DNA of 64,000 nucleotides, taken from positions 6,944,001-7,008,000 of the forward strand of contig OX597817.1 in the NCBI GenBank assembly GCA_951406725.2, written 5' to 3'. Position numbers and translations under genes: made by a program. Below the pieces are notes generated by a model. The model ran no database searches, was not told the origin of the DNA, and saw only the letters and a list, made by a program, of their open reading frames with translations. The DNA comes from Octopus vulgaris (lineage: Eukaryota). Positions 13,401-25,689 of this stretch are shown here, piece by piece; the first letter of the stretch is position 1; each line of letters starts with the position of its first letter.

Positions 13401-14410
13401 TGAAGCCCTCACCAGAAAACTCGTTATGATAAAAGTAACATTTAAATATAACCATTTTCTTGAAAGTTAAGACGAATTGAAGTGGATTGCGGTTAGTTTT
13501 CAGAACCCCTCTTAAAATACTTGCCCATAAAAAATTTGTACAATCGGTATCTACATGATATAACACATACACGTAGAAAATTGCATTAAAATATATCCAT
13601 TTTTCTGAAAGTTATGATAATCCGAAATCGGGAGAGGGGGCAGAAATCTGTAGTTATACCGATAAATTTCACACTTTCCTTCTATGCATGATTATATATG
13701 TATAATGAAATACACGAGTGCAGAAGACAGTAAACATTGAAAATAACTTGGTAACGGAAATTATGTTTCTTAATACGACGGGCAAAAAGTAAATATGAAA
13801 TTTTAACGGAAAATAAGCATTGTACTGGTTGAAGCGAAATTTGTCAGTCAGTGAACCAGAGAGCCAGTATCGAAGAAACCAGAAATAAACCGTCAACAAC
13901 AGAAAAACACAAAACCATACGGATTGAATTGGAATTTATGAAGATAATTCTGTCAGTAAATGATGCAATTGCTTACATCAGTACTTGTGAACTTCTTTCT
14001 CTCAGTAATTTTCCCTTGTTTGTTTGTAAATAGCGATTGAAAACTTCAATTTACAGTGAAAACAATAACATGGAAGTTAAACGATGGTGTACGAAAATTG
14101 AAAGTGAAAGTTAAAACAAGAGATATAGATAGAGAAATATGTTACAGAGAGATAGCGAGATAGAGAGAGATGAATAGAGAGATAGACGCTAGAAAACCAG
14201 AAGTAAATATTTTGAAAAATTTCAAAGACGTGAATGTAATATAAAAGGAAATATTTTTTTCCATTTTTAATAATTGTGAATAAAAAAAAATTAAATTGAC
14301 ATCCTACTATTTGTCCGGGGTCATATTATTCTTGCATCACAAGTATGAAGGCAATCGGTGAATCCGTTTCTGCGTGAAACGTGAATACGCACTCATCTCT
14401 ATTTCAAATA
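10388..14410 (-). mobile_element. Composite, rearranged Helitron-like element
   Basis: RepHel fragment inside. GC hairpin CCCG-N8-CGGG at 10402-10417 near the putative 3' end. Lep1-like terminus AATCGGTGAATCCGTTTCTGCGTGAAA near 14353-14380. Internal inverted copies. Boundaries approximate. Confidence 0.55.
10580..11200 (-). pseudogene. Helitron Rep/PIF1-helicase fragment
   Basis: LRLLLHHVKGPTSF...GLLEDD.DW...EA...SPMQLRNLF...NP..LW, then DDIFNEALRLIDDKIKSLGG..L..YGLPAP and a degenerate Walker A LDAPGNTRKT. Frameshifts and stops. Confidence 0.9.
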
Positions 14411-14420
14411 TATATATACA

Positions 14421-14502
<82 letters not shown>

Positions 14503-14564
14503 GGTATGTGTTTGTTTGTATGAATATTTGATTTCTCCATATATAGTTAAGTTAAGTTATGTTA

Positions 14565-14730
14565 ATTTTTGGGGTCAAAAAGCAAAAAGCAAGGCCACGT
14601 AGGGGGACATGGAGTTATGTAGAGAGTGGTGTTCATGCAAAGAGCTCAGGCCATTTGTGGTCAAGGGAGACTTCGAACCGAGCGGTCGTCGACATCTTCA
14701 CTATCTCGTCCGGCAGCTTATTCCACGGAT
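14565..14730 (-). pseudogene. CR1/L2-group LINE 3' end
   Basis: Minus strand reads PWNKLPDEIVKMSTTARFEVSLDHKWPELFA*, the WNxLP...FKxxLD ORF2 terminus. Confidence 0.75.
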
Positions 14731-15604
14731 ATGTTTCTGCTCTTTATCTGCACTGTTCTCCTAGCAGCCCACAACTATATTTCTATCTCATATCTTCACA
14801 TTTTTGTCACTCATATTCCAATATATTATCTCGTTGTTCGTCTTCAACCATGATGACTAGATAATTCATCCACCGTCATACACCCAACATATTTGTTTAT
14901 AAGATTCAACGGTGTTTGGTGCCTCAATGTTTGATAAGACGGAAGGTGTCATTGATTAAATTTCGGCTGCTATGTCTAGCAGATCGTGTCTTAGAGACTT
15001 GCTTCTTATACTAGTTTCGTATCGATATTGTTGTAAGCATTCTGATTTTTATTTCCTTTTTTTAAGTATCCAATGATATTTTTCGCATTATTTTCAGTTT
15101 TTTCCATTATTTACATTTACTGTTATATTCGTATTGTATTTGTTTTTATTATAATAGCTTTGATTTCATATTTTTGTTCTTATTCTTTCTGCACAAAATC
15201 GGCATCACCATCCGCCTCTTCCTATTGTTATCCTGACTTTCGTCATCATCGTCATCATCATCATCATCATCACAATCGTCATTTACTTTTACCTTACTCA
15301 TCTGCACCCTCTCTATCGTCTCATATTTCCCTCCATTTTTTCCTCTTAGCCATGTCTTGATGTGAATGCAGTTATGTTTTGCTTTCATATTTTCATATTT
15401 TTCCTGTTTTCTATTTTATTTTCAGTCAGAATTTTTATTATTGTGTTTTCTAATGTGTTTTGGTTTACTTATTTATTGCATTATTATGTTTTTCAACCAC
15501 TAATTCCATTCCTGTTATGAAAAAAATATATATCGGCCAACATCAATTAGATCTCAAGAAGATTAATCATATAAGCGACGCTATGGCTTCTGTCGGCTAA
15601 GAAA

Positions 15605-15772
15605 TACACCATCATCATCATCATCATCATCAACCGCACCACCACCACCATCATCATCATCCTCATCATCCTCATCAACAACAACAGCATCATCATTAGC
15701 ATCTTTATTGATATCATCGTTCTCATCATCCTCATAATAATCATCATTCTGAATCGTCATTATTATCATCAA
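15605..15772. repeat. (CAT)n/(CAC)n trinucleotide tract
   Basis: Visible. A shorter tract is at 15241-15272. Confidence 0.9.
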
Positions 15773-17751
15773 CCCAGTCATAAATCAAGTGTACTCATCC
15801 TTCTTAAGTTATAATTAAAAATGGAAAGCTGTGTTATTTGAACTATAGTTTGATGTCCCCCTGCTTTATGTACACAAATTTCTTTAAGAATCGCCGAGAT
15901 GTACGACGGAAGTAAATGACGTATTTGAAAGGATGAGATGAAGTGTTTCACTATAACCTATCTAAACTAGAATAATATCATCGCATAATTCTGCTCTATA
16001 AACAGCGATAACTGTATTTGTATATTAGTGTTGATGTGTAGCACTAAAGCCTCTTCTGGAAAAAGCAACACTCCTCCAGCAATTAAACGCTCCTAAATGA
16101 AATGAACCATGGCAGTTTGTGTCCCGATTTCAGAACGTCCATTTCTGATAATGTCTTTTAGTGTTCGTCACTGAAACCTAACAATTGTAGCTACATTAAT
16201 GCTGTCAATGTAGATGCTATCGTTTCAAAGACTCTTCACGTAGATCAGAGAAAAGAGAGCACCTTGAAAACTTCATTACCCTCATTATCTAAAATGTATT
16301 TCTTAAATATATCAACCACAAATTAAAGTAAGAATACTAATATTAGCTTTTTATAGATCCACTTGATCTATTTAAATTTACTCATATAAATTGTCTCCAT
16401 ATACAATATTTTCATTTGTAGAAACTACTTTTACTCCGGGTTGACTCGCTGATAGGAATTTACATAGTTGTTGCAACTGTATCTATGGACTCGGAAATAT
16501 AATTTCCATCTACAATTCTTATTTCATGAACTCAAGAATTAATAAATAATTAGTATTTCATTGCAATCGCTATACAAATATGACAGAGTATTGTCGATGT
16601 TTTTTATCCAGACTTGTGTTTGTCTAATCTTCAGATTTTAATGTCGGAAATTTTGCATTGATTCAATGACGTATTCTATTAATATGATATTTAGAGTTAA
16701 GTTTAACAGTTTCGTAATTACAAAGATCCATGGAATTGGTTTGTTGATTTTTGTAGTATTCAGTGAGTAAGAAAAATCACTGTACTTTTAGAGGATGTTG
16801 TTTTATGAGAAATAGCTTCTTCCAGGGCTACAAGACAAATGAGCATTGACTTAAAATTACAGAAATAACAAGGAAGACTCTTTGATTTACACCTTGCAGT
16901 TCCAAAGAAAATAGACTCTTGCTTTGCATAGTTTAGTCTCTTTACGCCATGTCTGAAAATAGATGATATGTTCAAAGCTGGTACACCTGAGACCATGCAG
17001 TCACCCAATCAGAGTGACAGCGGAAATTGACCTGCGGAAATAATTGTGAAAATCTGGACATGTTTAATCATTTGTCAGCATAGAGATTCGAGCTGACATT
17101 TTCTGCTAATTATGGGAAACCTATGAACGTAGTCTGTCGGATATCCCTTCAAGGTATATACAATTAGCAGAAAACTTATTTTGAACAAATAAGAATATAT
17201 AGCTAAAAATAGGGAAGTTTCTACGCGCTCAATAATCTATTATTAGTAGCAACCATATCACTACCAGATTTCAAGCTGAGGACCTCAGTTTGGTGCAGCC
17301 ATTTCCCATGGATGACAGTCAAGTTTCTCCAACAATTTTTACTTTTCTGTGTATGTGCACGCGCATGTTCGTTCATATATGTGGGGAGCGTCAGCGTGCA
17401 CGCCTATTTAAAAATGCGCACGCTCACATCATTACAGACATACACACAAAACCATATGGACACTTTCACACGCCCACATATACAACTATATTTTTGCACA
17501 TGCCGCCCTTTCCTACTTCTCCAACAACCCGACAGATTTCCTGTTCACCACGCGAGACATTTCCTCTTCACTATGAGGTATTTTCCAAGTCACTGTTGTC
17601 GCTGGTATACCGATACACCACGACACAACGAAACATTCCACGACCAGTCACAGTAATAACAATGAACTTTCATTCAAATTCAAAATGGCTGAAGACTATC
17701 ATCGCGCTTGAAACTGGGAATACCAACGAATTTGAAACAAACTGTTTTGAT

Positions 17752-17807
<56 letters not shown>

Positions 17808-18104
17808 GCATACATACATACATGCATACATACATGCATACATATACACAAGTATATGGATATATATGTGTGTGTGTATGTGTTGATTGCGTGAGAGTGA
17901 GTTCATATAATTATGTATATGTATATACAGACACACGAACATACAGACACGCACATGCACACACACTACACCCCATCATACAGCGCAATTCCTCCGGGAA
18001 GGATTTGAAAACCAGGTGCTAACTGACAAGTGAAAAGATATCGCGGAGAGGTTGTCCTGCCCTTAGATAACTTGAAATAATTACAAAAATCTGTTCAGCT
18101 TAAC

Positions 18105-18650
18105 TAAACATCAAAAATTCTAATATCAATCTGAAGCTGTCCCGTGCGACATTTAAATATTTCGGCAGTTATTCATTTACACATTGACTTGTGGTATAGC
18201 CTTCACGCCGAAACGAGTATAGCTAGGTACCGTATACTATGCCTGTTGGAGTTCTACATGAGCACAGAAACACACACCTAGAAACATATATAGACACACA
18301 CACACACGTATGACTAACTGTAAAGGTGCATGGCTTAGAAATTCGTGTGTTCGTCATACGATGTTATAGTTTCCATTCCTGGGCACGATGGCTCCGATCT
18401 TGTCAGTTATAAATAATAAGCGCCAACCACATCCTGATACAGATCTCTATTCTGCTTGGATATGTTGTGTCAAGGATTAAGAATGTGAAATGGTGTCTAT
18501 ATCTGCCCGTTACTATATCATAGTATCCGGTACCAGGTCAAACGCGTTTGTGTCTGACGGCTATACCTACTACAAATCATGAATAATTCACTACCAAAAC
18601 ATCTAGATTTCGCATAGGACAGCTTGAAATAATATTCAAGATTTTTATCT
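18105..18650. mobile_element. MITE-like element with imperfect terminal inverted repeats
   Basis: AAGCTGTCCCGTGCGACATTTAAATATTTCGGCAGT (18134-18169) versus the reverse complement of 18590-18625, AAGCTGTCCTATGCGAAATCTAGATGTTTTGGTAGT. Confidence 0.6.
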
Positions 18651-18815
18651 ATGTCCGAAGAACGCTTATACTGTTCTCTTTTTTAATTCTCATTAAATCC
18701 AAGAACCGATTACTTCGTGATATATTGTAGCATATCGGTGATTAAATCTTTCACTTAGATGCATTAAAATTGCACTATTATTTGGTTTATGCGCGTGTCT
18801 TTATGTACGTATAAT

Positions 18816-18874
<59 letters not shown>

Positions 18875-18879
18875 TATAG

Positions 18880-18913
<34 letters not shown>

Positions 18914-19293
18914 GTACATGTATGTTTGCATGCATACGTGCAGGTGTGTATGAATTCACAGATTACTGAATTTATCCGTCTGCATGGTTCCCATAGCGAG
19001 AAAGAATCGAAAAGCTTTATAAGGTACAGTCACAAGCCGGTATAAAATCAAATGCTACTAACACACTAAAGATGTCATCTATTAAATAAATCAAAGGCAT
19101 GGACGTCGGAGATGATATTGAAGTTAAAAACGTGCCAAGAGTGTGAGGCAGAGGCAAAGGTTGAAAGACGGAGACTGAGAAACACAAACACGAACAGATT
19201 GCATATATATAGCGGGTGAATTAGGGGTAGAACAGGTGCAAGTAAGAGAGTGTGAATGAATAAATTTAGCAAGGAGGAAAGGAGATGGGACGG

Positions 19294-19453
19294 AAACAAA
19301 GACAGAAGCACTATCTTTCTGTTCCTGGTCCGTCATGAAAGAGAAGATTAAAAAAGAATCTAACTACTACAAATATCACAAGAATATTGGAGAAGCAGAC
19401 ACAGTTAAACACACACGCATATTAGGAACAAACAAATATATATACATACATGC

Positions 19454-19500
<47 letters not shown>

Positions 19501-19555
19501 ATTTCTCTTTCATGACGGACCAGGAACAGAAGGATAGTGCTTCTGTCTTTGTTTC
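19294..19555. repeat. ~52-bp inverted duplication flanking a (TA)n tract
   Basis: About 19294-19345 GAAACAAAGACAGAAGCACTATC...CATGAAAGAGAA is the near-perfect reverse complement of 19503-19555. Confidence 0.9.
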
Positions 19556-19564
19556 TCTATATCT

Positions 19565-19664
<100 letters not shown>

Positions 19665-19665
19665 G

Positions 19666-19696
<31 letters not shown>

Positions 19697-19697
19697 T

Positions 19698-19769
19698 TCG
19701 ACCGGATCGTGTTCTGTCCTTACCTTCGAAACACGCATTGAGTCGATCCAGGGACAGCTGATGAAGGGG
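19698..19769 (+). ncRNA. Candidate non-circularly permuted (pseudoknotted) hammerhead ribozyme
   Basis: CUGAUGA at 19758-64 and GAAA at 19728-31. Stem III CGUGU/ACACG, stem I CUGUCC/GGACAG, stem II GGGG/CUUC. Cleavage triplet GUU ending 19713. Confidence 0.6.
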
Positions 19770-19913
19770 AATATTCCTTGCATTGTTTGTCTTGTACTCT
19801 GATTTTTCGTTGTTAAAAAAGTCCGTTTCCTAGTTTGTTTTTATGTTTTCGTTTCTCGTTGAGTTCTACATTTATTTGTGGTGTCCTGTACTCATATATA
19901 TACATATATATAT

Positions 19914-19994
<81 letters not shown>

Positions 19995-20024
19995 TATATA
20001 TGTATATATAGGTATTAAATTATA

Positions 20025-20055
<31 letters not shown>

Positions 20056-20072
20056 TTAATTTATTAAATTAT

Positions 20073-20119
<47 letters not shown>

Positions 20120-20424
20120 TATATATGAGATGATATATTTTGATATTTAATAATTTTTGCTGTCATGAAATTTTTAGTCAGAGTTTACTTATTGCATGAA
20201 AGAAATACCTACAAAGGTAAAAAAATATTATTACAATTAAAATATATAATTCGTTAAATTCACTGCGGTGCTTATTTTAACCATGTCGTACTTATGCGGT
20301 GATTTGGCGGGCGATTCAAATTGGCTGTGTCCATACGTGCATATGTATGTATGTGCGACGCTCGTATATGTAAGTATATCGTTTGCTGTGCATATATATA
20401 TCTGTATTTATGTACCCTTGATAT

Positions 20425-20485
20425 ATTCAATTGATGACGGTAAAGCTTAATCTAAAGCAGAACCAGAAATCCTTGGATCTTGAAT
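20425..20485 (+). ncRNA. Type I hammerhead-like motif, copy 1 (C3U variant)
   Basis: Stem I AUUCAA/UUGAAU, core UUGAUGA, stem II GGU..GCUU/AAGC..ACC, GAAA, stem III AUCC-UU-GGAU, triplet AUC ending 20479. Confidence 0.55.
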
Positions 20486-20907
20486 TATTCAATAATTTTT
20501 GCTTGTATGTTTTGTCCCTCCGCTTTACCTCATGGTGCGATATGAACATTTAACGTGGTTTTATAGTCAGAGTTTCGACTGCTATTTCGGCATGTTGGTG
20601 TCTTCTAGACACCCTCATTTTTAATTGTTAAAAATTTTTTTACCTTTGTAAGGTATTTCTTTCATGCTGGCCACTTGATAATTTCGACACTTAAATATCG
20701 ATATTATCCTCATATATAAATTTATATAATTCGTTATTATATTCACTGCGGTGCTTATTTTAACCATGTCGTACTTATGCGGTGATTTGGCGGGCGATTC
20801 AAACTGCCTGTGTCCATACGTGCATATGTATGTATGTGCGACGCTCGTATATGTAAGTCTATCGTTTGCTGTGCATATATATATCTGTATTTATGTACAC
20901 TTGATAT

Positions 20908-20967
20908 ATTCAATTGATGACGGTAAAGCTTATCTAAAGCAGAACCAGAAATCCTTGGATCTTGAAT
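20908..20967 (+). ncRNA. Type I hammerhead-like motif, copy 2
   Basis: Same motif in the second direct repeat. Triplet AUC ends at 20961. Confidence 0.55.
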
Positions 20968-21779
20968 TATTCAATAATTTTTGCTTGTATGTTTTGTCCC
21001 TCCGCTTTACCTCATGGTGCGATATGAACACTTAACGTGGTTTTATAGTCAGAGTTTCGACTGCTATTTCGGCATGTTGGTGTCTTTTAGACACCCTCAT
21101 TTTTAATTATATATATATATATATATATATTGCGGTCAGTTGTTTATAAGTCAGAAACAAAAACACTCTAAAGAATATTTTGAGCCGTTACATTTTATGT
21201 AATTGGGTAGAATATATTTGGATATAGCCTGCCAGAAAGTTGCCATTGGTTTCCCGTCTAACATTCCACTCAGCAACATATGGCGTCTTTACTAATGGAG
21301 ATAGAAACTACAGTCTTCTGTGTTTGGTATGACTGAAGCTGTAATTTTACTTCCGTTACCAAGGAATTGAAGAATACGTGCTTCTGGACAGCAGGTCAAG
21401 ATGGGTCACCTTTGTTGCCAAGTGCAATAGTTGACATGTAAACAATAGTAACCTTCTGACCGATTATATAAGATAACCAAAGATATACTACTCTATTACA
21501 TAAAGTAAAACACACACACAAGCGCACACACAAACAAACAGTCACACGTACAAACACACACACGCAGACAAACATATAGAATTATAACGATATAGAAAAT
21601 GGAGGCTTGTTCATTCTCATTATTTATTTCCTCTTGTTTTATAATTTCATACAACTTAATTTTATGGTCGTTACGACCTGCACATTTTGCCACTGTACAA
21701 AATGCGGGCAGTTGCATATGCAACCGGGTACGATATCTGCGCAGTTTCATTAAGATGCGTCTATTCGGTTAGTTTCGAA

Positions 21780-22322
21780 TCGAACTGAATACATTTAGTT
21801 CTTTGTTAGTTAACGCTCGGAAGTGCTGGGGGGCAGGTTGTTTTGGAACTGAAATCTGATATGTTTGTAAGCATTGCAGTTGACCCTACTTCACGCCAAT
21901 TGCAGTTCGAAGTCAGGGTTCCATGTAACTCGGTCAAGGTTGATGTTACTGTTTTGGCAGACCAGTTTGGGTATTGTAGCAATCGGTACCTTATAAAAAG
22001 CATATTCAAGGGTAGAGTTTGTCATGTAATATATTTAGTTGTTCACATATTTACCGGCTGTTGTTGTTCACATTTGGTAGTACAAAGTGGACAGAATATA
22101 TGCTAGGTTTGTTAAGGAGTGCCATGAATCTTTTGAGTTTAGGTTATATTCTGCTATCCTTCCTTTCCCACCCAATTGTAGGTGGGGCAATAGGTTATCT
22201 AGAGCCTTTCTTAAATTTCTTAAATATTTTGGTACATTTGTGCAAGCATAAATTTTTTTCTAAGATTTCTATCTATTAATATTTCTGGGCTGCCATTTCT
22301 AGGGGTTCCTGATCCCTGACTT

Positions 22323-22325
<3 letters not shown>
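21780..22325 (-). pseudogene. Possible Penelope-like ORF remnant
   Basis: LIDRNL...YQNI...ITYCPTYN resembles the LIDKHF...YHKIF...KISYSCxPN linker between RT and GIY-YIG. Abuts (TA)n. Confidence 0.4.
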
Positions 22326-22367
<42 letters not shown>

Positions 22368-22371
22368 GTAT

Positions 22372-23400
22372 ATCTTTTACTTGTTTCATTCATTTGACTG
22401 CGACCATGCTGGAGCACCGCCTTTAGTCGAACAAATCGACCCCAAGACTTATTCTTTGTAAGCCCAGTACTTATTCTATCGGTTCTCTTTTACTGAACCG
22501 CTAAGTTACAGGGACGTAAACACACCAACATCGGTTGTCAAGCGATGTTGGGGTACAAACACAGACACATACACAAATATACACACACATGCAAATATAC
22601 ACACACATACACACATATATATATACAACAGGCTTCTTTCGATTTCAGTCTAACAAATCCACTCACAAGTCTATAGTCGGCCCGTGGCTATAATAGAATA
22701 CATTTTCCCAAGATGCCATGCAATTGGACTGAACCTGGAACCAGGTGGTTAGGAAGCAAGCTTCTTTATTTCATTAAATTGGCTATAATGGCCTTACATA
22801 GAGAAAGAAGGAAGCTGCGGGCTGGACCTAGCCATAATGTTATATGAGATGAAAAGTGAAAATGATGATTAATAGGGGAAACAGACAACGCTTGCCGATT
22901 GAAGTTTCCTGAAAACATTGTTCTCTTATTTATCATACATGAGGCAATAAACCTCTTACAATTGTTCAAAATTGTTCATTAAAACACAAAAGTGGGGCAC
23001 TACGTCTCGTACCTTGGTTAAAAACAGAATGAGGTTTCAAACTTCTTATCAGTTCACAATATCGAGGCTTTCCAACCTATTACCCATAGTCCTCTTCAGT
23101 ATTGTTTGTGACCCCGTACCCCACCATTTCCCAAGCCTCACTCAAGCACAAAGCGGGTAACTTGTTGGGTCTGCCCTGCCACAAGCGATATTACTCATTG
23201 AGCTTCTTCAGCCTTTGTAACACGGGCAACGTTATGACCTACACAGCTGTCTGCGGAGGCCATTCGGGAACCCGTGTGCAGGTCATAATTGCTCCCTCAA
23301 CACCTTCTCCACATTATTGCTCTAACACCTTCTCCACCTTGTGGAGAACGCCACCGGAAGCGGAAGCAAGCTACTTACAACATAGCCATTCCTGCGCCTA
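22372..23400 (-). mobile_element. SINE family B split by an insertion (body 22372-22766, head 23362-23400)
   Basis: The two halves join into a complete B copy once 22767-23361 and one TSD are removed. Confidence 0.9.
22767..23361 (-). mobile_element. 5'-truncated copy of ORF1-only retroelement family D
   Basis: Homologous to 54400-54790 and to the 3' tail 53260-53415. TSD GGAAGCAAGCT(T/A)CTT at 22752-66 and 23362-76. Confidence 0.85.
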
Positions 23401-23520
23401 TAAACATAAAGACGTGAGAAATGCTGGTAAGTAGTTTTCCTGGCGCGCAAACGATTCTGCCGGATATGTTACATCTGGTGCATGAAAAGCAAGTAGATAA
23501 ACACACGCCCGTGCACACAC

Positions 23521-23584
<64 letters not shown>

Positions 23585-23619
23585 TTGTATACATACGTAT
23601 ATGGATAATAAAGAGGAAC

Positions 23620-23980
23620 ATACCTACAGACTAAATTGACAATTGTGAGATCAAATGGCTGACAGAATACTGGTGGTTCTTAAATATGAAAACAGCTACC
23701 AAGTTAAAACACAACATACCAGATGTCATTGTGTGTCCTCTGGACACGAATGTAGTTAGCAAAATACAACAGAAAGTGTACATCTATGGACTCTTGACAA
23801 GGAGTTTGCAAATGCGCAACTGAATACATACCAACCAGTCTGGAGTAAAGTATGGCTGAACCTGCTCTCTTGATGAGATAATGCAAAAACCTTAATTCAT
23901 CTGCAACAAATGATCACGATATCTAGGGCTATAAATATTTGGAAGACTTCCTTAAGATTTGAAGGATTAATGGTTAAGAG
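23620..23980 (+). pseudogene. R4/Dong-like LINE endonuclease (RLE) remnant
   Basis: PDVIVCPLDTNVVSKIQQKVYIYGLL resembles the DV.CP.D.N...K..EK...Y motif. Confidence 0.55.
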
Positions 23981-24139
23981 GACATAATTTCCTACACAAT
24001 ATTGTTGCCAAGTATGTGGCCAGTCAAAATGTATTCTATAATTTAAAAAGAGTAAGCAAATAACATACATACATATATATATATATCAAATGTTCTTATT
24101 TGATTGTTGAACGAAGCAAATCAGTACCCCATACATAAA

Positions 24140-24780
24140 ACCCGTGTATGAATGGTCTCACTATCTCTCCTGTCTCACACAGAGAATGCTACAAGTACCT
24201 TGGCATTGATGAAAATATATCATACACAGGTACTGTGAATAAAATTACAGTGACCCAGATGTATTACACTATGCAAAGCGATATATGGGAGTCTGAAATC
24301 TCCTCTTACAAGACAGTATTCCACAATACATTTCCAGTACAAGTGCTGATTCCAACATTTAGTATACTTCACTGGTCTGTAGAAGAAATCCATTCTATAG
24401 ACATCAAAGCGCACAAGATTAAAACATCAACTGAAAATCTCCCCAAAAATAGTTGTATCGACAAGCTCTACCTAAGAAGATAAAAGAAGGTAGAGGCAGA
24501 CAGTAATTGGTTAACAACAGCAACAAAAATAAATACATTAAATTAGTACGGGAAAATGAAGAAAACAACATCCTACGTGTTGGATGTGAGCTTCTTTGAA
24601 GGTACACCCTTCCTGATGATCCGACCTCGCATACAATTCCAAAGCAACAAAGAAGAGGTTTGTACTGTCATAGGGGTCAGCTTTCCTGCTGATGGGAATA
24701 ACTCTTTTAAAATCAAAGAGAAAGAAGATAACTATGGACAACTGCTTCGAAAGCTCTATATCCGGATTAGAGATTTACAT
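24140..24780 (+). pseudogene. R4/Dong-clade LINE RT C-terminus plus RLE fragment
   Basis: YKYLGI...HNTFPVQVLIPTFSILHWSVEEI..IDIK...DKLYLRR*KEGRG, then VSFPADGN...KIKEKEDNYG. Confidence 0.85.
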
Positions 24781-25689
24781 TTACAGGATACGTTAAATAA
24801 TGTACATGTTTCAAATATTTTTGCCAAGGTCACGGCTGGAATGATCAAAGATGTGTTAGATGAGGGTTGACCTGTGTTTATGCAGTAACAATAGAATTCG
24901 CATATGCATTTCACGTGTAGGCACATTAGAAATTTTACATTTAAAGAACGAATCATTCACACTAACTTGTTTTTGATAAATCATTTGTATAGCTTTCATT
25001 GAGCGAGTTTACAGTCACAGATTGCTATCAATTCAGGTGCTGAAGGCAATGACCGACGAATTCAGACATAATGTGTCTTGAACACATAAACATTACTTAC
25101 TAAATTCATCAATGTGCTCTGCTTCAATGGGTAATGAATTGGTTAAATCAGGCAAAGTGTCGGATAGAATATTGTGTTTTATTTCTCCCAGTTCTGTGTT
25201 CAATAACATAATAGACCACTAACAGCTCAGAGAAAAGTGGAATAAGGGTCTAAGTGAATGCTTTTTTCTTGGTATACTAATATATTACAACAAATTTCCA
25301 AAGAAGGTTCGATGTGTATTACAACAATGAACCGAAATACAATTAAATATCAAGAATAATAATATGTGTGTGTGTAGGTCAGCATGTGGGTGTTTGTGTG
25401 GGGGAGAAGTAAGGTACTTTGTGTAATAGAATTTTATAGACAGATATTTTTTTTTAGTTTACGCAAAAGGTTAGCAATACAAAATATGATTACATACAAG
25501 TTTTGCTTGAGTTTATCAGTTTATGTATATGTATGACTACATATCAATCTGTTTGTGCGTTTATTTTTATTCAATATCGATTTTACTAAGCAATAAGTTG
25601 TAACTTAGTATTCTAAAATATTTTCAATACCTTTCATACATGCCACATATTATATCATACGACATTCTAGCGAAAATAATGCAAATCTG

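Larger units (their letters stand above)
20113..21108 (+). mobile_element. Penelope-like pseudo-LTR or retrozyme-like structure: two ~385-bp direct repeats plus an inverted segment
   Basis: 20243-20626 is nearly identical to 20723-21108. 20625-20725 is an inverted copy of parts of 20113-20237. Flanked by (TA)n on both sides. Confidence 0.7.

Noticed and set aside
17674-17736. CTGAAGA...GAAA enclosed by TTCAAATTC/GAATTTGAA
   Set aside because: Stem II is absent and there is no NUH triplet. At most a very decayed relic.
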